Program-made: the position numbers and the translations under genes | In this document: piece after piece, positions 14,211-29,465 of the stretch | Layout of the letters: every line of letters starts with the position of its first letter | Numbering within the stretch: the first letter of the stretch is position 1 | From: Octopus vulgaris | Lineage: Eukaryota | Assembly: GCA_951406725.2 (NCBI GenBank) | Contig: OX597830.1 | Location: 78,430,001 to 78,494,000 of the forward strand | Direction: 5' to 3' | Length of the DNA stretch: 64,000 bases | The notes under the pieces: generated by a model | Told to the model about the DNA's origin: nothing | What the model saw: only the letters and a program-made list of their open reading frames with translations | Database searches by the model: none

Positions 14211-16089
14211 TGATAAAGTACAAATCCTCTGAAACGTCAATATTCTGTTGTGCCTCCCACAGCTTTATACTTTAATTCGTTGCTATGTTATAAATTCTCA
14301 TAAATTCTTTTTTTTTTATTTACTTCACAGCCCGAAACTCATATGACACAAAACATTCTGGGACACTGTATCTTGTACCGAACCTAACATTCTATTTCTG
14401 CGATTTACATTACATTACATGATTATAAACCCTTCTTTCTTCCTAATACCCAACGCAACATGTTTGCTATTCTTTTAAACTCTCCCTTAGCTTTACCAAG
14501 CACCATACACCAATCTCGTTATATTATTTTACCCACTTACCTTCCTTAAAATCTTACTTTGCCTCTCAGTTTTGACTCCACACATTACATTTCCTCTTCC
14601 ACTAAGCCCTATCTTGTCAGCACTTAATGTTTACTCATGCGTGTCACTATCCGCCTCCCCTCTATCTGCAGCTCTTTTTCCTCTGCATTGGACTGGGTCA
14701 ACTACTGCTACCTTTTCCTTCTCTCTTCTAACCCTCGCTGTCTATTCTCTGTTCAGTAGTCGTTTACATCCATCGACTCAGCTGCCAATTGTTCGACTTC
14801 TTTTCACACGCCAAACCTCGAAGCACCCGTTAGGTATGGGGCAATATATCAGTAAATTATCACTGATATAAACTCCTTTAAAGGGTCCCTACAGCTATCA
14901 CACCATAACACGTGGCTGCTTTTCCCCATATTGTCTCCTCTCTCTTTTAATCTAAGCGTTCTGATCACCGTAGAGCTTCTATTTCAAATCTCTTCACTCC
15001 ATTCTTGAACGCCTTGCAGTTTCGGACCGACACTGAGAGGTCCTTGCTTTGTACAAAGCTGTGGGGCTGGCTTTACAACAAATATACTAAACAAAGCAAA
15101 ACTAAGCTACTTTGTTGATTACGACTGGCGCTCACCTTGCACGAAACCCTACCTTCGGATAACCTGTCAGCCTACTACCTTCTTGCGCAAATTCCGTTTC
15201 TTCCACTCCTACCTTACTACTTCCTAAATCTTTTCTATCGCTATAGACGCCGCAGCAATCCGGACGATCTTCTACCCGACAATTCATTGACCCCTTAATA
15301 CATTCCCACCGTTTGTCTAATTCCCGCTTCCGTTATAACACCTATTTCATCCAAAACGATACCACACTACGCTCCTGCCAGAATTGCTTACGATGTCAAT
15401 ATTGCCTTTACTTACGCTTCCAAAAAACGCATTTGGTTCCTTTAAGTGAACAGTTCTGCGTTAGCTATATATTGGAAGAACCGGCTTATCAATCAATTTA
15501 GAGATGAGTTATTTATATATGACAAAATACTGATGAATCACTTACAACAGTTGCCTACCGTTTATATTTTAAAGGCCACCTGTACCTTTATATCGCTAAA
15601 TCTCCTACGTCCAGACACTTCTTAAATAACAGTTAAACACATACACACACAAACATGTGTATTCTTTTATTTGTTTAAATATGTGTATGTATGTATACAT
15701 CTATAGGAATAGAACAAATCATTAAAGTAAAGTGAGAGAAGCGACCTTTACTTCCTTCGTGTCCATATACTACATCAACATTTCCATGTGTATAAAATAT
15801 ACATGTAAATATAGACGTGAGAATGTTGATGCAATATCTTATTTGTATCTAACAAGCTTATGAAACACCCCTAAACGAATCGGATAAATACTTATTCTCT
15901 CACTTCAATGCTCTTAACTGTTCTGTTTATATTCATTCTCTCCACCGTTGTAATTTTCTGGATTTTCAGAACACCGCTAAAACTTATCCTGAACTTAATC
16001 ATGGTCGATCCTGTTACTCATATACTTGGCGATGAGATCATTGTAAGCTATGTCCGATTTTTTAAATATACATGTTAAGTATACATGTT

Positions 16090-16157
<68 letters not shown>

Positions 16158-16182
16158 CATATATATGTATATATATATGTTG

Positions 16183-16206
<24 letters not shown>

Positions 16207-16214
<8 letters not shown>

Positions 16215-16322
16215 AGTGAATTGAAGAAATGGAGTTGAACGAAGATTGAACAGAAATCGTTTTATAAAACGATTTCTGTTCAATCTTCGTTCAACTCCAT
16301 TTCTTCAATTCACTAATAATAT
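16207..16322. repeat. Perfect 116-bp palindrome with no spacer
   Basis: 58-bp arms, centre between 16264 and 16265 (GAAATCGTTTTA|TAAAACGATTTC). Confidence 0.95.
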
Positions 16323-16474
16323 TAAAATTCAATTATCCACACCAACGCACGGTTTCAACACCATATGGTTGTACCTCCAACCGTGCTGTCTTCTGCTGTG
16401 ATTTTTGCTACCAAGGTATCGGTTAAACTTTTGATTAATCTGCAACAAGAATATTCATCTTTCTATTTCACAAA

Positions 16475-16546
<72 letters not shown>

Positions 16547-16610
16547 AGACAGAAAGAAAAGAGAGAGATATAAGTACGTATATAGAGAGAACTACGTATT
16601 TCATATCTAT

Positions 16611-16647
<37 letters not shown>

Positions 16648-17233
16648 CACATAAATGTATGTGTATATATACATATATGTACAGGCCTCTACAGATGCGT
16701 TTGTGTGCGTGTGTGAGCCTTCGGCGCCCATTGTTGTCTCGCCCCAGTACACCTGTGTTCAAGTAGGTTAGGCAATCTCAGTGTTGCCCTAGCGCCATTA
16801 AACTGCTCTAATAAAGGTTAGAACACGTTTGTCATCGCTCTTATTGCTTGACGCAGAACTATTAACAGATGACATTGTTTTTGTTTTGTTATTGTTTTTG
16901 CTGTTTTGCATGTCTAAGTCTATATTATCGTGTGTGACCTTCCTTTTTTTTTAAACACTGTAAGATGTGATAGGAGGTAATTTCGCTACTATTTCTAAAA
17001 AGTTATCTACCCCGTGGTACTTCCATTTTTAATTGATGAGGTGCCCTTGTTATGAGACGTGAAATTATGGTTAATTCATGTGAGGCGCCAAACAATTATT
17101 CTTATCCATAAAACACTACATACACAGATACATACTTATATACATAAATAGGTATTCACATATGCATACATACATACTTACACTCATACATACACAAATA
17201 CATAAACATATGTATACACAGATTTCTCTAGCC

Positions 17234-17324
<91 letters not shown>

Positions 17325-17326
17325 AG

Positions 17327-17580
17327 GGCGCATGGCCTAGTGGTTAGGATGCAGCACTCACGATCGCGAGATCGTGGATTCAATTCCTAGACCGGGTGGT
17401 GTGTTCTATTCTTGAGCAAAGCATCTCATCTCACGTTGCCCTGCGATCACTTCGATTCGTGACGCGTGGCACACAGTGCACCTGTTCACACAACGTCGAT
17501 TTGATGGAGAGCGTGAGCTAATGTGCGGCACATAGTTGTGATCATTATGAACAAATCACTTGTGCAGGTCATTCGGCGCT
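17327..17580 (+). mobile_element. tRNA-derived SINE, family C
   Basis: A box TGGCCTAGTGG, B box GATTCAATTCC, then TTCTTGAGCAAAGCA. Confidence 0.75.
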
Positions 17581-18369
17581 CATGCGTCGCCTTCGATGGG
17601 AGAGACCATCATGTATGTACATATATTAAGATTTATACTCATACTTGGTCTTTTTTTGTTTTCTGTATGCACCAACATACATACATACATACATATATAC
17701 ATCATACATACATACATGCATACATACATACTACATATATACATACATACATACATACATACATACATACATACATACATACATGTTCAGGTTTATACCT
17801 GTAATTATTGGGGTACTGGGGTATGTAACAAAATGCTTAAGTACCAATCTTGAGAAATTAGGTTTCTTAAAACCAGCAAGGAGAAAGCAAATTCGATGAT
17901 TAAAGATTCAAGCCATCAACGGACTTGTAAAAAGCTGTAAAACTTACCAAAAGTTTAGCATTTACGTATATATGTGCATGTCTATGTATGCAGATATATG
18001 CATGAGAAGCAAAACATACAAATTTCCTCATGCATTGACTCCAGGTCACACATACATACACACTTACATACTGCACATATGCACACAAACATCCACAAAT
18101 ACCCAGATGATGCTGTAGGAATTTCAGTAAAGGAGCCTTGGGTCTGGGTTAGAAACCGGCTCTCTCTCTCTTTTGGCAAGAAATCTTGATATAAAACTTA
18201 ACAATAACAATAACAATAACTTTTCGTGTTGAAATTTCACAAATCGTTAAACCAATTTTCCTCTCGCCTTACTTCGATTAATGATGATAATGATGATGAC
18301 GATGACGAAACTGTGATGATGATGATGATGATGATTGATGATGATGATGATGATGATGATGATTATCAT

Positions 18370-18428
<59 letters not shown>

Positions 18429-19615
18429 CGACCACTATGTAACACGTACACACTCACATGCACACGTATCTCCACAAACATACAGCCACACATATCCACA
18501 CGCATACACAGACATTCACACACACACACACACACCTTCTCCTCCTCTTTACCGGACACCGCCAGCCCATCTCATCCCTACACGTTTTTACCGTTCAACC
18601 TCCCACCGCCACCACCACCATCACCGCCATTATGATACAATTGGCAAACAACTGCTCACGCGTTGTTTCGTATCGTGTTTTATTATTGCGCACAATTGGC
18701 ACAAATCACCGCCATCGTAATGGCCCGTATGTAAATGTTTACAATACAAATATTTCCAACAAAGGCATTGCGTGATGGATTTGATTGTGTTCTTGTGTCT
18801 TTGGCAAATATCGAATATTTTAGGGCCAAATTACTTTGGCTGTTTCACTCATTCTTCATCATTCCGGCCGTGATTATTATCATTATTGTGCACGGCGGCA
18901 TCGGCAGCGACGGCGGTGATGATGTTGGTGGTGGTGGTGGTAGTGGTGGTGGTGGTAGTATTGGTAGTGGTGGTGGTGGTTATGGCGGTGGCGGTTATAG
19001 TGGTGGCGGTGGTAGTGGTGGTAGTGGTGGTGGTGGTGGTGGTGGTGGTGGTGATGATGGTGGTGGTAGTGGTGGTCGTGGTCGTGGTGGTGATGGTGGT
19101 GGTCGTGGTGGTGGTCATGGTCGAGGTCGTGGTGGTCGTCGTCGTCGTGATGGTGGTGGTGGTGGTGGTGACGATGGTGGTGGTCGTGGTCGTGGTGGTG
19201 ATGGTGGTGGTGGTGGTGGTGATAGTGGTGGAGGTGGTGGTGGTGGTGGTGGTCGTCGTCGTCGTCGTCATCGTCGTCGTCTTCGTGGTGGTGGTGATGG
19301 TGGTGGTGGTGGTGACGGCGTCGAAGTATTGTGTTGCAGCTTGTAGTCGTGTGCTAGTTGTGTTAAGCTAAGTGCGAAGTTCGAGTCGTGTTGAGGTCAC
19401 GCCCCGGTCTCGGATTTATGGCTGAAATCCACGAAACAACAAATGTTCGTTCGACATAGTCATGCATACCTAATGCACCTTGAAGGAGCAGGCGTGAGGA
19501 AAGGGGAGGTAATCTAATGAGGGACATAGGTGCTGGGCCAGACGGAGTAAATGATATTCACCGAATAGCGCTTACTGGAGTAGGCTCTATCTAATTGTGT
19601 GTACACACACATACA

Positions 19616-19703
<88 letters not shown>

Positions 19704-19726
19704 ATGTATATATGTATTTATATATA

Positions 19727-19780
<54 letters not shown>

Positions 19781-19796
19781 ATATGTATATAGTATG

Positions 19797-19831
<35 letters not shown>

Positions 19832-19887
19832 ATGTATATATGTATATATACATATGTATATATATATATATATATGTAATTATATAC

Positions 19888-19944
<57 letters not shown>

Positions 19945-20589
19945 AGTATGTATGTATGTATGTATGTATGTATGTATGTATGCATGCATGAATGTATGTA
20001 TGTATGTACGTATGTGTGTAGATCCAGTTGAATTAGTTATTTTAATTGAGGTACCTTATGCCAAAAAGCTTAGCAGCGAAATAATTGTAAATATTTGCTC
20101 TCTGTTGATGACATGAATATGTTTAAATATCTAACTTGTCCTTCTTTATGCTTGAGATCTATGCGGTCATCTGATGAGAACGGCTTTCTTTTTATTGAAG
20201 TAATGCTTTCATTGACTCAATTAAAGGAGTCGCTCCTAACGGCCGTAATGAATTGACACTTATGCGTCTTTGTTACTCATTTATAATTTTATGTATGTAT
20301 GTATGTATGTATGTATGTGTGTGTGGGTGGGTTTTTTAAAGGTACGGTTAACTGTCTATATTAGCCGATACTTATTTTTGGTTCCGAGTGAGAATCCAAC
20401 GCTGGTTTGATAGCTTGGCAGAATAGAGAGCTCACTAGAAGAATAATTTTGAGATTTTTTTTTTTTTTGCGCAAAGATCAACTTTATCTTTTAATCTCAT
20501 GATATTGACGAAATAAAATACCAGTCAGGTAGACATTATCACCAAACCTCACTCCGGGTCTAAATTAGAAAACAAGATTAATAGCGCAT

Positions 20590-20872
20590 GACCAATGCAG
20601 GTGGGACCCAGTTAGAATTTTCTTCTGATCGAGTAGCCCATCCTGCGCAAAAGTTCCCTGAGTAAGGGTTGTCTAAGGTTGTTGAACAAAACACCCATGT
20701 TTCCAGAGGTAAATTATCCAAACTCCAAAGAATTCCTCTCAACACATGGTTATGATGCTCTCCCACTACTTCTGCTCGTGATCAGAAGCCACTAAGGGAC
20801 ATGCTGAACTAGTTAAGGTCAAACAACTGACAAGCAAATCCGTGGTATTCAGCAGAATATTTGCTGCAGCCC
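20590..20872 (-). mobile_element. 557-bp family, internal fragment
   Basis: GCAGGTGGGACCCAGTTAGAATTTTC...GCAGAATATTTGCTG. Confidence 0.8.
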
Positions 20873-20966
20873 GTATTGTTATTATCATTATCATCATCAT
20901 CATCATTATCATCATGATCATCATCATCATCATGATCATCAACATCATCATCAGCAGCAGCATCGG

Positions 20967-21175
20967 GCGGGCGAGCTGTCAGAATCGTTAGCATGCCGGA
21001 TTATAGTTAGCGGCATTACGTCCGTCTTCACATTCTCAGGTCAAATTGCGCTGAGGTCGACTTTGCCTTTTATCCTTTCAATGTCGATAAAATAAGTACC
21101 AGCTGAGTATTGGGGTCGATGTAATCGATTATTCCCCTCCCCCAAATTTCATGCTTTGTGTCTATAGTAGAAAGG

Positions 21176-21176
<1 letters not shown>
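20967..21176 (+). mobile_element. SINE family A-related copy
   Basis: GGCGGCGAGCTGTCAGAATCGTTAGC head, central domain and (TTA)n tail. Confidence 0.8.
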
Positions 21177-21242
<66 letters not shown>

Positions 21243-21247
21243 GTTTT

Positions 21248-21280
<33 letters not shown>

Positions 21281-21351
21281 GTTTTTGTATTGTCCCCCTC
21301 ATCCTTCGCCCTTATGGCAAATAAATGAAGTCATCATCATCATCATCATCA

Positions 21352-21448
<97 letters not shown>

Positions 21449-21463
21449 TATTATTATTATTAC

Positions 21464-21538
<75 letters not shown>

Positions 21539-22589
21539 TATTATTACTATTATTATTATTATTATTATTATTCTATGTTTGACTTTTGCTTTATGTCTGT
21601 ACAAGTTGGCTCCAAGTCTCACCAAGAGACCCCAAGAGACAACAGGTTAGAAGTTCTGTGCCATATATTTGGGGTTTTTTTTTTTTGGTGTTGTACTAGT
21701 GAATGTCTAATACATGAAAATGAAATTTTAAAAAAATATTATTATTATTATTGTTATTATTATTATTGCTGTAGTAGCCGGTAAGTCAGCAGCACCACTA
21801 AGCACGCCGGACAAACGGCATTTCATCTGTCGATGTTGACATTGCATTTCATTTTTTCTGCGTCGACAAAATACACACTAGTTGAGTACTTAGATCGATT
21901 TAATTCTCCCAAATATCGGGTCCTGTGTAATTATCGGGTCCGAAACTTTTAGAGAAATTGTGACTGTTTTTGTAATGTTTTATTACGGTACTAACCAGAA
22001 ATTCAAGGGCGGGCCACACAACCCCTGTCGTGTTGTGAATGAAATGAAATTATCCTTTAAATAAAATTCCATGCAAAATATGTAAAAATGGTGTTCGTAT
22101 TATTACAACCAAACAACAGAGTATAACGAAAGTGTCACAAGAAGCGAAGGTAGGCATCACCAATCAAAAATAAATAGCGATCGCTTCTTTAATTGAGAAA
22201 CATTTCTGCGACGCTAGAATTGGAAGTGGAGCAAAAGCAGAGTCTCTGCATAATCTACAGTACATCAATTGCACAATATAGCGAATGAGCAACCGAGCAT
22301 GGAAAGAGGGCGAGAACTGAAAAATAATGTTATAATGTAACATATAGTACGTGAAAAGAGAAATGATTGAGGGCTATGGGATTGTGCTTATGATAACAGA
22401 TATATATATATATATATATTTATACATACATATAATACATATATATTAGTATATGTATGTATATATATATATATATATTAGTATGTATATGTATATATAT
22501 ATACAGATAAACTTATTTGGAGATGGATGCGTGGCGTTCAATAATATAATAATAATAATGATATATATTTATACATATATATATATATA

Positions 22590-23574
22590 TCTTTATATAT
22601 ATAAAACTGAGAATGTGTGTCTGTCTGTCTGTCTGTGTGTTTCCCTAAAACTTGAGAACTACGCAACCAATTTCATTCAAATTTTACACATGCCTTACTT
22701 AGTGTCCAGGGAGTGTCATGGGCAAAGAGAATGTTCAACTTCTTGCCTAGAGCGAGCCCATAGCAATATCATATCTTCTCCACTATTTCAGTATTACGTG
22801 TTAAAAGTGAAACAAAAACGTTTCTCTATTTTATGTCAGATACTTTCTCTTTAACAATAAAAATAATAATAACAATTGAATTATAAGTAGTAAGTAATAA
22901 TTAAAATCAAACTAAAGTAACATGACAAAAGTAAAAATAGCAATTGGTATAAAACTGCATCAATGATTTGAACTTGAATAAGTGGTTTTACATGAATGGG
23001 AATAAATTAAAAATAAAATTAACGTGCAGAAATGGAATAGTCCAGATGGATAATAAAAAATTAAATTAAAGAAAAGACTATTGTCTATAAAGTATACAAT
23101 GTAGAGAAAAAAGAAGATTTGAACACCTGGAGGAAAGCACCTTCGAAAAGTGTCTTGGTGCGACTATGAAAGGTATCTAATCAGAGGCGGTAAATTCGCC
23201 ACAATAGAAGCAAGGTTCGAGTCAACGGAGCGTACAAGGGAGTACTCGACTCGTACTTGCAAAGTGGAATTATTTTATTTTTTCCTTTAAAATAACCCCC
23301 CCCCCCCCCCAGAAGTAGAGATAGGCTGGATTGTAGCCACACTTCTATACAAGAGGGAGGACAAGATACAATTGATCGAAATTACAAGAGACGGGCTAAC
23401 AATTCCAGTCTTATATATTTTGAGTATTGTTATCACTAGCGATATCAAGATATAACTTTGTATTTTATGTGTAGATGTATATATATAGATGTACATGTAA
23501 TATGTACAGATATATATACACATATATACATGCACTAACACTATGACCCGGCAACGACGGGTCTTTAATGCTAG
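22590..23574 (+). mobile_element. Non-autonomous Helitron, second family
   Basis: 5' TCTTTATATATATAAAAC, (CTGT)n, 3' hairpin GACCCG-GCAACGA-CGGGTC at 23545-23563, then CTAG|T. Confidence 0.75.
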
Positions 23575-24386
23575 TATATATATATATGCATATATACATA
23601 TATATTATATTATTATACAACTGAACGCCACGCATCCATCTCCAAGTAAGTTTATCTTAATAATTCTGATGCGGCTCTATCTTGTATTGTTCTTTTTCCC
23701 TCTCCCCTTTCGTTTCCTCTCTCTTCCTTTCTCTAATTCTTTTTATCTCTCCTTCTCGCCCTTTTATTTTTCTCTCTCATTCTTTCTCTAATTCTTTTCA
23801 CCTCCCCTTCACCGTTCTGTATCTGTCCCTTTCTCTTTCTCACTCTTCTTCCTTTTCACTCTCGTTGCTTACACGGGACCATCAGCCATCTTTCTTTTCC
23901 GAAACTGAGGTTCCTTCTTTCCTATTGATCTGCCACACAGATCACACGCATTCTTGTCTGTCTCCTCTCCTATCATTTCTTCAGTCAAAGCTTGTGCCTC
24001 CAACGTTCACAACTTCACCTCGTTATGGTTTATCAGCCCTTACTGTTTGTTTTCACTGTTCTGTTTTTGTTACCAATTTTGACCCTCTGCAAATCCCAAA
24101 TTTTATTTTGCTTTGCGGGAGTAACTGTTTTCTCCAGGACATATCTTGTCGTAATTGCTCGAAATTTAGAGTAGATAAACAGCTGACAACTGATGAAGGG
24201 TCGTCCGTTATGTTACTGGTCAGGATTTCTATTTGTTTCTTTCGTTGTTCGCAAAAAACGTTCGTGTTCCATGTTTCCGTATTTCATGTTGTTTACGTTC
24301 TATGACGTCCAGTACCCATATATGCATATGTATATACATATACATATATGTACATATACGTATATATGCTATATATATATATTATG

Positions 24387-24448
<62 letters not shown>

Positions 24449-24828
24449 GTATGTATGTATGTATATATACATGTACATATATGTATGTGTGCGTGTGAGT
24501 CTGCCTTTTGCATGCACAAACACCCACTTACGTGTACAAACCTTAAAAGGAAGAAAAACCAAAACAACACTACGGAAAACACAAAACCAACACTGATATG
24601 GCGTGTGTATGTGTGTGTGTATGTAAGAGTGTATGTGAATAGCTACGTAACATATGGATATATATATATATATATACGTATATATATATGTGTGTGGATA
24701 TATATATGTGTGTGTATGTGTGTGGATATACACGCACATACACACATTCACACGCATAATATATTTATAGAATATAAACAAAAATATCATTCAAAAATAA
24801 AGGACGTAAGACATTCAAGTTAGAGAAC

Positions 24829-24862
<34 letters not shown>

Positions 24863-24971
24863 TTGTATATATGTGTGTGTGCGCGTACGTGTGTTTGTGT
24901 GTGTGTGTGTCTTTGCAAGCTTAACATATGCGTGTAATACAAATATATTCAAAAACTGCTTCAGAAATATT

Positions 24972-25032
<61 letters not shown>

Positions 25033-25127
25033 GGTAATAATGCGTCCCTATCATTATTATTAACACTGCCCCCTAATCATAAACCCACCTTTAACCATCG
25101 GGTGTGACGTTACTCGCTACATCTATT

Positions 25128-25171
<44 letters not shown>

Positions 25172-25314
25172 TATATATGGCGAGGGACCCCATATACACA
25201 ATATATATGTGTATGTATATATGTAATATATATATATGAATGCGTGTGTGTTTATGCGTATATATGCATATATATATATATACACACACACATATATATA
25301 TATATACATATATA

Positions 25315-25346
<32 letters not shown>

Positions 25347-25598
25347 CACATATATATATGTATATATAGTTATAGATATATAAAACACACAAACACATAT
25401 ATATATATAAATACTGTATTTTATTATTAAAAATAAAAAAAACTTATTAGTGGTGTTTACTTAAAAGTGCTGGGTTTCCTTTTAAACGTCATCATAATCA
25501 TCATCATCCATATTATCATCATTATCATTATTATGATATTATTTATTATTATTGCTATTATTATTATTATTATTATTATCATTATTATTATCATTATT

Positions 25599-25642
<44 letters not shown>

Positions 25643-25726
25643 TATTACTATTATTATCATTTTATTATTTTATTATCATCCTCATTATTATAATAATTAT
25701 CATTATTATTATTATTATTATTATTA

Positions 25727-25781
<55 letters not shown>

Positions 25782-25846
25782 CATTATTGTTGTTGTTATT
25801 ATTATCATTGTTGTTGTTGTTGTTATTATTGTTGTTGTTGTTATTA

Positions 25847-25908
<62 letters not shown>

Positions 25909-26179
25909 GTGAAGTGCTGGGTTTCTTTTTACCTTACATTTTCAATCAATGTCATAGTGGGCGCCTAGATTGGTAGCTGGAGGTGAAGCAAAAAGCATAT
26001 TTACAATGGTAGATTCGCACCCCCACCATCACCTCTATGTTGGTCAGACCTGTTTGGCATGAAGGTGGAGGTGGTGGAGGGAAACCACGAGTGAAGTGTG
26101 TGAGGAGGAGCGGTGGAAGGTGAAAATTGAATGAAAAAGTGATAGAAGTGTATGAACGGCTGCGTGTGCGTATCTGCGA

Positions 26180-26212
<33 letters not shown>

Positions 26213-26292
26213 GGAGGGTGAGAGGGAAAGAGTAAGGTAAAAGTTGGGAGAGGTGTTGGAATCTATTTAAGAGACATGTTTTAGAAAGAGAC

Positions 26293-26329
<37 letters not shown>

Positions 26330-27040
26330 GCGTGCGTTATGGGGTTAAGATTTTTACGCATGTGCGCGTGTGCGAGACAGTAAGAAAGAGATGAATGTGC
26401 ATGAGAAAAAGTGAGAGAAAGAGAGAGATAGAGAGAGATGCATGTGTATGAGTGAGAGAGAGGGAGGGAGAGATGTGTGCATGTATATGAGAGAGAAAGA
26501 GAGGTGGTTATGACAGAAATGGAGAGTTATGAGAATTGTGTGTGTATATGAGAGAAAGGGAGATGTGTGTATGTGAGAGAGAGAGAGAGAGAGCAAGAAC
26601 GAGAGAGAGATCAAATGTGTTTATGAGGGAGAGAGAGAGAGATGAAAGTGTGTAAATGAGAGAGAGAGAGAGAGATGAAAGTGTGTATATGAGAGAGAAG
26701 AGAGAGATGAAAGTGTGTAAATGAGAGAGAGAGAGAGACAGAGAAATGAAAATGTGTAAATGAGAGAGAGAGAGAGACGTGTATGAGAAAGAGAGAGGGG
26801 GAAATAATAGAGAGGAAGAAAGAGAGGAAACAGACAATGTTAAAAACTGAAATATTTCATAATAATAAAAAGAAACACACCTTATGTCCCTCTAACTCCT
26901 GTACATGTGGTGGTATTGTATGCATGCGTGTATATGTGTATATTATATATAACTATGTGTGCGCGTGTGCTTATATGAATGTGTACACACATATGCACAT
27001 ATAATCATGTATATATGTATGTATATACATACATATATAT

Positions 27041-27178
<138 letters not shown>

Positions 27179-27535
27179 ATATATATATATATAATATATA
27201 TATATATGCTGGTATATGTGTGTGTGTTTGTGCGTGCATGTATGTGTTATTTTATATACCTAATATACATATTATGTATATTTCTATTTATATAAATGTA
27301 TAATGTATTACCTTTTTGTATTTTTTATACAATATAAATCAAATATATATTACTGTATAAATAATATATATATATCATAGAGAGGGAGCGACAGACAGAC
27401 AGACAGACAGACAGACAAAGGCGGGAGGGCGTAATTTGCGGAACAGAGGAAAATAAAATAAAATATTTAAAAACGAAAAAAAAATTGCTTTAAAAAATAA
27501 CAGAAAACATAAAGAATAATGAAAAGTGATAAGCA

Positions 27536-27575
<40 letters not shown>

Positions 27576-27975
27576 ATTAGCCGAAACAAAGAGAATGAAT
27601 AAGTAACCGAGAGAGCGAGCATGAATGACAGAGAGAGAGAGATTAAAGAACAACCGGAAGGGAAAGCCATATATTCGGCGCCATTTTGTTTTTCCCCTAT
27701 AATCATTATTCTATTTTTTTCACTTAGTAATCATTGTTATTATCCTGTATTTTTCTTCACTCCATCTTATGTCAATCATCTACTTATTTACTAAGCATTT
27801 ATGTACGTATATCTGCTATGTATGTATATATGTATGTACTGCGTATGTACGTTTGTTCGTTTATATGTATGTGTATTTACCAGCAACACGTACACAAATA
27901 TCTGTTAAGCCGTTCGTTTCTATTTGTGCTTATATATGTGTGTGTGTGTATATATATATACATACATATACACAT

Positions 27976-28025
<50 letters not shown>

Positions 28026-28212
28026 GTATATGGATAGATAGATATCGGTATATATACACACATACGTTATTAATGCTTTGTACATGTGTTTAGAAAAAAG
28101 AGTTCACGTTTGACAGTTTTTAATGCAGTATAATATAGCAGAAGTTTAAATGCGCTCAGCAATAAATACAGACGTACAACCACACGCAACGTGTGTGTGT
28201 ACGTGTGCGTGA

Positions 28213-28269
<57 letters not shown>

Positions 28270-28411
28270 AGTATGTATGTATGCATATGCATATATATAT
28301 GTGTGTGTGTATATATATATATCTATATATGTGTATATATGTATGTATATGTGTATATATATATATATATGTATGCATATGTATATATATATATATGTAT
28401 ATATATGTATA

Positions 28412-28447
<36 letters not shown>

Positions 28448-28451
28448 GATA

Positions 28452-28491
<40 letters not shown>

Positions 28492-28525
28492 TGTATATAT
28501 ATATATATGTATATATATGTATATA

Positions 28526-28563
<38 letters not shown>

Positions 28564-29465
28564 TATGTGTATTAATATATATGCATGTGTGTGTGAGTGT
28601 ATGTACGGTGTATATATATAAGTGTGTATATATATATATATATGTATGTATGTGCGTGTGCATGCATGCGAGTATAGGATATCAGCATATATAATGTATA
28701 TACCCCCGTTTGTCTCATATGCGTACATGTGTGTATGTGTGTGTGTGTGTGTGTGTATAGATATGTAGGAATATTTCTCTTGAAAAAAAACAGGCTATTT
28801 TTCTCTCCTCGTTCTTCCATTTCATTGTCTGTTGAGTTCCAACCCTTTTTCCATTTTTAATCCGTATCTACGCATGTGTAATTCTTATATTTACTCTACC
28901 AACCGCTCATTATACATAAATTTGAATATATGTGTGTATATGTATATACGTATATGTATATACGTATATGTATAGATATATTTGAATAAATGCGTGTGCA
29001 TACATACATGCATACATATGTGAGTGTGTATATATATATATATATATACATATCAGTAGCATTAAACGACTCATAATATTTTAGCCATCCTCAGTTATTC
29101 TCATGGCCTTCATTTTATATACACAAATACAAATATACAGCCTCTCTTCGTTGCAGTATATACACCCAGTGCCACATCACAATTACACCCACGTATTGGT
29201 GCATATTATGAATCGTGCAGAAGTATTAGCCAAGTCTCACTCACATCACACCTTGTCTTGGAAAAGTACATTATTGTATAGTATACAGTCTTAGGTTTCC
29301 TTATTATAAGAAAATGACAGGATAGTCATGGCTGGATTGCCATTGGATATATGTCTACGTGATCAACTCTAGTCTCACAGGAAAGGACAAAATTAACCTC
29401 AAACATTAATAATACATACAGTATGGCTAAAAGCGCCAAGACATTTGCATTTTATTAAGATTACA

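Noticed and set aside
18735-19371. Gly-rich 203-aa ORF
   Set aside because: Almost all Gly codons are GGT from a (GGT)n microsatellite
20165-20220. CTGATGAG as another hammerhead core
   Set aside because: No stem II followed by GAAA and no stem I pairing found
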